A stretch of 50,372 nt of DNA, from contig CAYHXT010000002.1 of the NCBI GenBank assembly GCA_964360675.1, positions 1-50,372 on the forward strand, written 5' to 3'. The notes under the pieces are model-generated. The model was not told the origin of the DNA. It was given only the letters and a program-made list of their open reading frames with translations, and did not search any database. Shown piece after piece: positions 29,401 through 35,400 of the stretch (positions are counted from its first letter, which is position 1; the number at the start of each line of letters is the position of its first letter). The DNA is from an uncultured Methanosarcinales archaeon. GTDB taxonomy: Archaea > Nanobdellota > Nanobdellia > Woesearchaeales > GW2011-AR9. The translations under genes were made by a program, and so were the position numbers.

Positions 29401-32400
29401 GATCGGACAGGGCGCAGAAGGAATAGTTTATGCTCTTCCGGACGGTTCGGTCATAAAAGTTAAAAATACAGATAGCGCTATATCAATGCCTTTCCGGGAG
29501 CAGGCCAGAAGATTAAATGCGCTTTGCGAGAAAGGTTTAGCTCCCTGCGTTTCCAGAAGCGGAGAATATTTCTATCAGTCAGAAAGAGCCAGATATAACT
29601 CCGTACAGGATGCTGTTTTGGAGCGGTTGTCAGAAGAGGGCAGAAGGGAATATCTGGAAGTCTATGATTTACGCAGAGCAGACAGAATTACCGAAGATAA
29701 TTATATTGAATTAAGGGCCGCGGTGATCCAAAGGGCCAGAGATGAAGGAAGGCTGAATGATCTGGAACTTGCAGCCGACGATTTCTTTAATAGTTTGAAA
29801 GAATCAAACCTGGAAATCTTAGACCCTTCATGGAAGAATCTGCATTGCGCCAACGAAGAATGCACTAAATTCTTAACCATCGATGTTGGCTTTTCCGTCA
29901 CCGGCGAAAGGTCTAAAATTTTACTGGAAGGTGTGGCTGAAAATTATAAAAATAATCTGCTTAACGGAAAGGGCCAGATCATAGGCGGGGAGAGAGGCCA
30001 GGAATTGATTGATGAAGCTGCTGAAATCTTAAGACGGGAAAGAGATGCCGGAAAAGGAGCGCCTGCAGCCGGAGAAGCCGGCCAAATCCGCCCGTTGACA
30101 GAAGCAGAGATCCAAGATCCGCAAGAATTAGAGGCCTGGAATGAAATTGCCGCCGCCGCCAGATTTTCTGAAGAAAGATTGTCTCTTGAACAGGTGAACA
30201 GATTAGAAGACAACAGATTAAGTATTCCAGAAGATGATTTCTACGCAATAACATTTGATGTTCCTAAGAGTGCGCGCCAGTCGTTAGGCTTTGATGTAGG
30301 TGCGGTCATTAAAGTTCAGTCAGATACTCCGCCTCAGGGCGTGGCTCTGGTGACGGATGAAGCCGACATACTTTCCGATCTAAGCGAAGTTGCGGTACCG
30401 GTGCTGCTGAGGGATGACAGATATTATGTCGTGCAGAAATTTGAAGGTCTGCGCCTGGATGAGATGTCGGCAGATCTACGCGCCAAGATCAGGCCGCAGA
30501 TAGAATCTTTCCGGGAAGCGCTGGTCGCTAAAGGTTATGAAATGGATAATTATGGCGGACTTGTTTACGACTCTTTAAAACGTGAATTGAGATTAATCAA
30601 TCCGCGCGTGGTTAAAAAATCATCTCTGCCGCCGGATGAATTACGTGATTTGCACAACCAGAAAATAGATGACATTCTTAACCGGGGTGTTGTCACGCCG
30701 GAAGAGAAGGCAGAAGCGCTTGCTGAAGCGCGCAGAATATTGGAAGAAGAAGGAGCTTTCGCACGGCCGCCGGTTGAAAATGTTGTTGTTCCGCAAGAAG
30801 CTGCTGCCACAGATTTGGGTTCAGCAAATGCCGGCCAGAATGTCAAGATTCGTTCACGCGAAGACCTGTATGAAGGCAGTTTACTCAGTAAAGAAGGCGA
30901 TAATATTATCATTGAGACTACTGAACCTCGCGGCGGCATATTTGGAGCAATACTTCCTGACCGAAAAATACAGCAGCAGATCCCTCTTGAGGATGTTATT
31001 ATTTACGGAGAACAAGTACACATTCGTTCGGTTTCGAAGAGGGGCGTGAATAGGCAGGAACTAATCGGAGATGTCTACGTAGGAAATTATTTGGGAGAAA
31101 ACAATGCTTATCTCTACCTTAGTGTAAATGGAAAACCGACGAGGATTCATAAGGCCAATCTTGATCTTGGCAGTCTCGACAAAGCGATTGTTTCAGATCC
31201 GGCTTCTGAATTTATACTTAACCAGCAGAAGATCCTTGACCAAGTCAATAGAGTGCCGATCGTCGACGGGCGGCAGGTACTAATCGTCCATGTCGATCCA
31301 AACAGCCTGCGAATACAAGGTGTGGGCGCTGTTCCTTCGGAAGTGTCCGGCAACAGCGTTCCTGTACGCATGGTTATTGATGCTGAGACGGGACGGATCG
31401 CTGATGTCGTTGGCGAAGAGAGGATTGCGAAACAGTATCGTGGTGCTTTAGTAAACAAACCATTATACGAAGAATTAAGTATTGTAAGAAGAGATATTGT
31501 TAATGGTTGCGCCATTGCCGGCAGCGCCATCCATGGATTGGCTTTGCCTTGCGCGGATGTTGCTGTGGGGAGATTGGAAGCGGAAGTTCCGGTTCCGGTC
31601 GAATCAGGTGTCGGGATCACGGGGCCAACTTTAGATCCAGAATTAAGAAAATGGAAAGAAGGAGTTTCCGGGAATAATCTGGAAAACATTGTTGAGAGGG
31701 GAAAAACATTATCTCCCGGACAAGAGTTTCAGGTTGGAGAAGATATAGGGTTTAGTTTTATAACCAAAGATGGAGAGGCGGTAGAAGCTGTTGAACGATT
31801 GAAATATGGCCCCTCCGGATTTACTATTGAAGTAAGGAGAGCAGATAATAATGAATATATTGCTTCACATGACTATCAATTAATTATGGGTGGAGATAGG
31901 TTGGGAGTAGAATCAACTTATGTGGTTGAAAAATATCAAGAAGCGGGAATAAATCAAAGAATTTTCCAGCAGATGTCGGAAATTCATTCTAATGTTCCAG
32001 AAGTTGAAGCGAGTTTAGGATATGATAACAGATTGATCTATGGTAATTTCATCATAAATAACCCAGATGCAACAGCACTTGATGCTTTGAAACAAACACC
32101 AGCCCATAAAATCAGGGAAAGAACTGGCTGGGAAGTAGATCTTGAAAAATCTAATCTGCCTAATTCAATCGTGTATAAAAGAGCAGAAGTTGCTCCTGAA
32201 ATTTCGCCTATCAGAGAGTCCATTCCTCCAGAAGTATCCGGCGTAATGATAGTATCGCAAAAAGGAGAACTTTCTCAAATCGACGATGTGGGAATAAAAG
32301 AGTTGCCCGTAATCAATCTTGAAGAAGAACTGATCCCCGAAGAGGTGATAACTGTTAATAACGTTATTGCTGAAAGCGACGGGATAGTGGTTCGTTCGAA

Positions 32401-35400
32401 CAATAATCTTTATTTTATCAGCGACGAAGGAATTTATCCGGTGGGGATGGATAAGGAATATTCTTTCCGGCCAAAGAAAGCTGGAGGGCAAGTCAGCCTT
32501 CCTCCGGAACAGGAATCCGCATTGAAAACTATTTATGGACAAGTTAAGCTGAACCAAAGAGATGCTCAAGTATTAAATCAGCAGGACAAATTCGGTTTGC
32601 TTTTAATTGAAGCTGCTAAGGATAAAAAAATTCAAATCCAGACCGGCAGCGGGGCTTTAGATCATTTAATGATAAATTCTCACGGTTCCCATGATAATTA
32701 CCTGAAAGAATTGGATCGAGTAATTGAAAATAATGATAATCTCAAATATCTGCATGAGCAGTTCAGGCAGCAGGGTATCGAACCTCTTACCACCGTTAAA
32801 AATCCTTATCCTGATGAAAGATTGGACATTGCCGCAACATATAATCCAAGATATGAAGCTGTTGACGGTTCTTTTGTGGAAGGTTCATTTACCTATAGAA
32901 TTTTTGCGACAGAAGAAGAACTTTTAGATTATACTCGCAGGATCACCGGGCGCGAAATTGAGGATGTTGAAGAAGCTAAAAAATTAATCGCGGAAAGCCA
33001 GGTTAAAGGAGTAGCGGGACACGAAGCAGCTCATCATGCATTCTACAGGATGCTAGATGAAGAAGAAAGGATATTTTTTACGGACTATGTCTGGAGTACT
33101 GATGATGAAGCTCTGGTTAAAGCAAGGGAATTTATCGGATCTCGACCAGTTTATGCAAAAACTTCAGAAATATCAGAAGAATTATACCAAAGTATAATTG
33201 CCAATGAAGTTTTTGCATACAGATTAGATTTCAATATGCAGGGCATAGGCTTGCATAGTGATTTAAATGTCCTCCCCTCCGAAAGAGAATTAGCTATTTT
33301 TGAGCAGTTTGAGGTGCTGCCTCCTAAAGAAAAAAGAATCCCTGCTTTAGTCAATAACATTGCGCTTCAGCCGCCGCAATCATTCGCAGACATAACAGCA
33401 GAAGGGCAATGGTTTAGGGCAAGATTAAATGACGGAACTTCTGTCGAAGGCAGATTTTCCAGGATTGAAGGCGATGAAATAGTGTTCACAAGATATGAAC
33501 GAAGAGAAGGCCTGCTGAGCTGGTTTTTAGATGACAAAATTGAACCCGGAACCAGAATCAGCAGGAATGATTTTGAGCCGTCAAGTTTGATTGTTGGTGG
33601 AAGAACAAACGTGAGATTTTCAACCAGCAAGGGAACATTTTATGGTCGATATTCAGGAGACAGCCCGGACGGGATTAAAATACTTGATTCTTCTGGAAAT
33701 GAAATAATTGTTCCAAGAAAAGGATTAATCAAAGATTCTGTCGTTGCTCAGGGTGAAGTAATTGAAATTAAGGCTGTCGATAACGTTGCAGCATACAATG
33801 GCAGGTATCTGGCTGAAACGGACACAGAGATATATTTAGATGTCGATGGCAAGGTCACTAAACTAAGTAAAAACAATTTAGACTTAACTACACTGCAGAA
33901 GAAAGAATTTGCGGAAGAACTGGGCGTTCCTCCAGTTTCTGCGGAAGCAGGAGTTGGGTTGGGCGAACAGATTCTTGATGTTCTTCCCGCAGATTTCAAA
34001 CGCGAAACTTCTGCAGTTTACAAAAGCGAAGGTCTCTTTGAATTAAACGGTAAAATCTACCGCCGGGGCTCTGAGGGAAATTGGAAGCAGAAAAGAGAAG
34101 GATTCTGGAGTTTTCTCGGAGATAAAGATATCTCTGACGAAGAGTATTTTGATGTAGCGGAAGAATTAAACATCGCTGAATCAAATGCATTTCCGCAAAA
34201 AACAGCAGCAAAAGTTCCTTCTGAAACTTATTCTGCTCCGGAAGTTTTCACGGGGGGACAGATGGTTCCCGATAAAGAAATAGCTGAATTTTTTGATAAC
34301 GCCGATATCAATTGTCCGACCGGCGGAGCTTTAGTAGGACAAGCTGCTGCAGGACCCTGTAATTTTGAAATCAGCACCGGAAGAAAAAGATTATCCAACT
34401 TGAAGGAAGGCGATGAGGTTCGTCTGGTATCTTTAAGGGGGAATCATTATTACGGTGAATTTATATTTGCAGACGAGAATACTTTATTATTAAGGCTTCC
34501 GGATAGTACTCAAAATCAAATTAGGCTGGATAGGATTGATTTGAACAGCCTGGTTTCTCAGGATAATTTTGTCAGGATAATAAGAACTGATGGAACTTCA
34601 GCTTTTGGCAAATATGCCGGGGAAGGGGAAGAGTATATCCGGCTGATTGATGCCAATAGAAATATCATTCTTTTAGATAAAAATAATCTCCGATATGATT
34701 CGCTGGTATCGGCAGGCGATGAGATTGAAATGACTTCGCTCCGCGGCTCTTCAATCAAGGGCGTATTTTCTTCAGAGTCAGAAACGCATATTTTTTATCT
34801 TGACGAAAATGGTTTTCCCAGAAAAGCCGGCAAGGATCAGCTTGCGGATGTTAAAAGAATAATTTATGAACCCCTGGCTGCTGATGAGATAAGCAGTGAT
34901 TTTATTATTGATAATCAACAATTATTTGCCAAAAATCCTTCTTACGCTTTAGGGTTGGATGAACCTGCTTCAGAACCAATCGCTTATAAAAAAATAATGT
35001 TTTCCGATGGGATTAGAAGAGAAGTTCACTATTCATTAAATGACCTAAAAATTGCTGAAGATGTCGGGCTTATTTATGAAAATGTTCCTCCTGCGAGGCT
35101 TAAACGGGGGCAAGGATATACTTATGTGGTGTTGAATGATGGTTCTTTAGTCTTTGGCGAGGTTCATGATGGCCTGGAATTTGGTGTCAAGCATCTGCAT
35201 CTGGCTAACGGAAAGCCGGTCAAAGCGGCCGGTGAAATCTTTATCGATGAATCCGGAAGATATTTATTCAATCTGGAAAGCGGATCTTTCACTCTGGTAT
35301 TAAGGCGGGAATATCGTGTTAGTGAAGGATTATTAAGAGAACAAATGCATGATGTTTTCTATCGATATTTTGGTCAGGACGGAAATTATATCAAAGCTGT

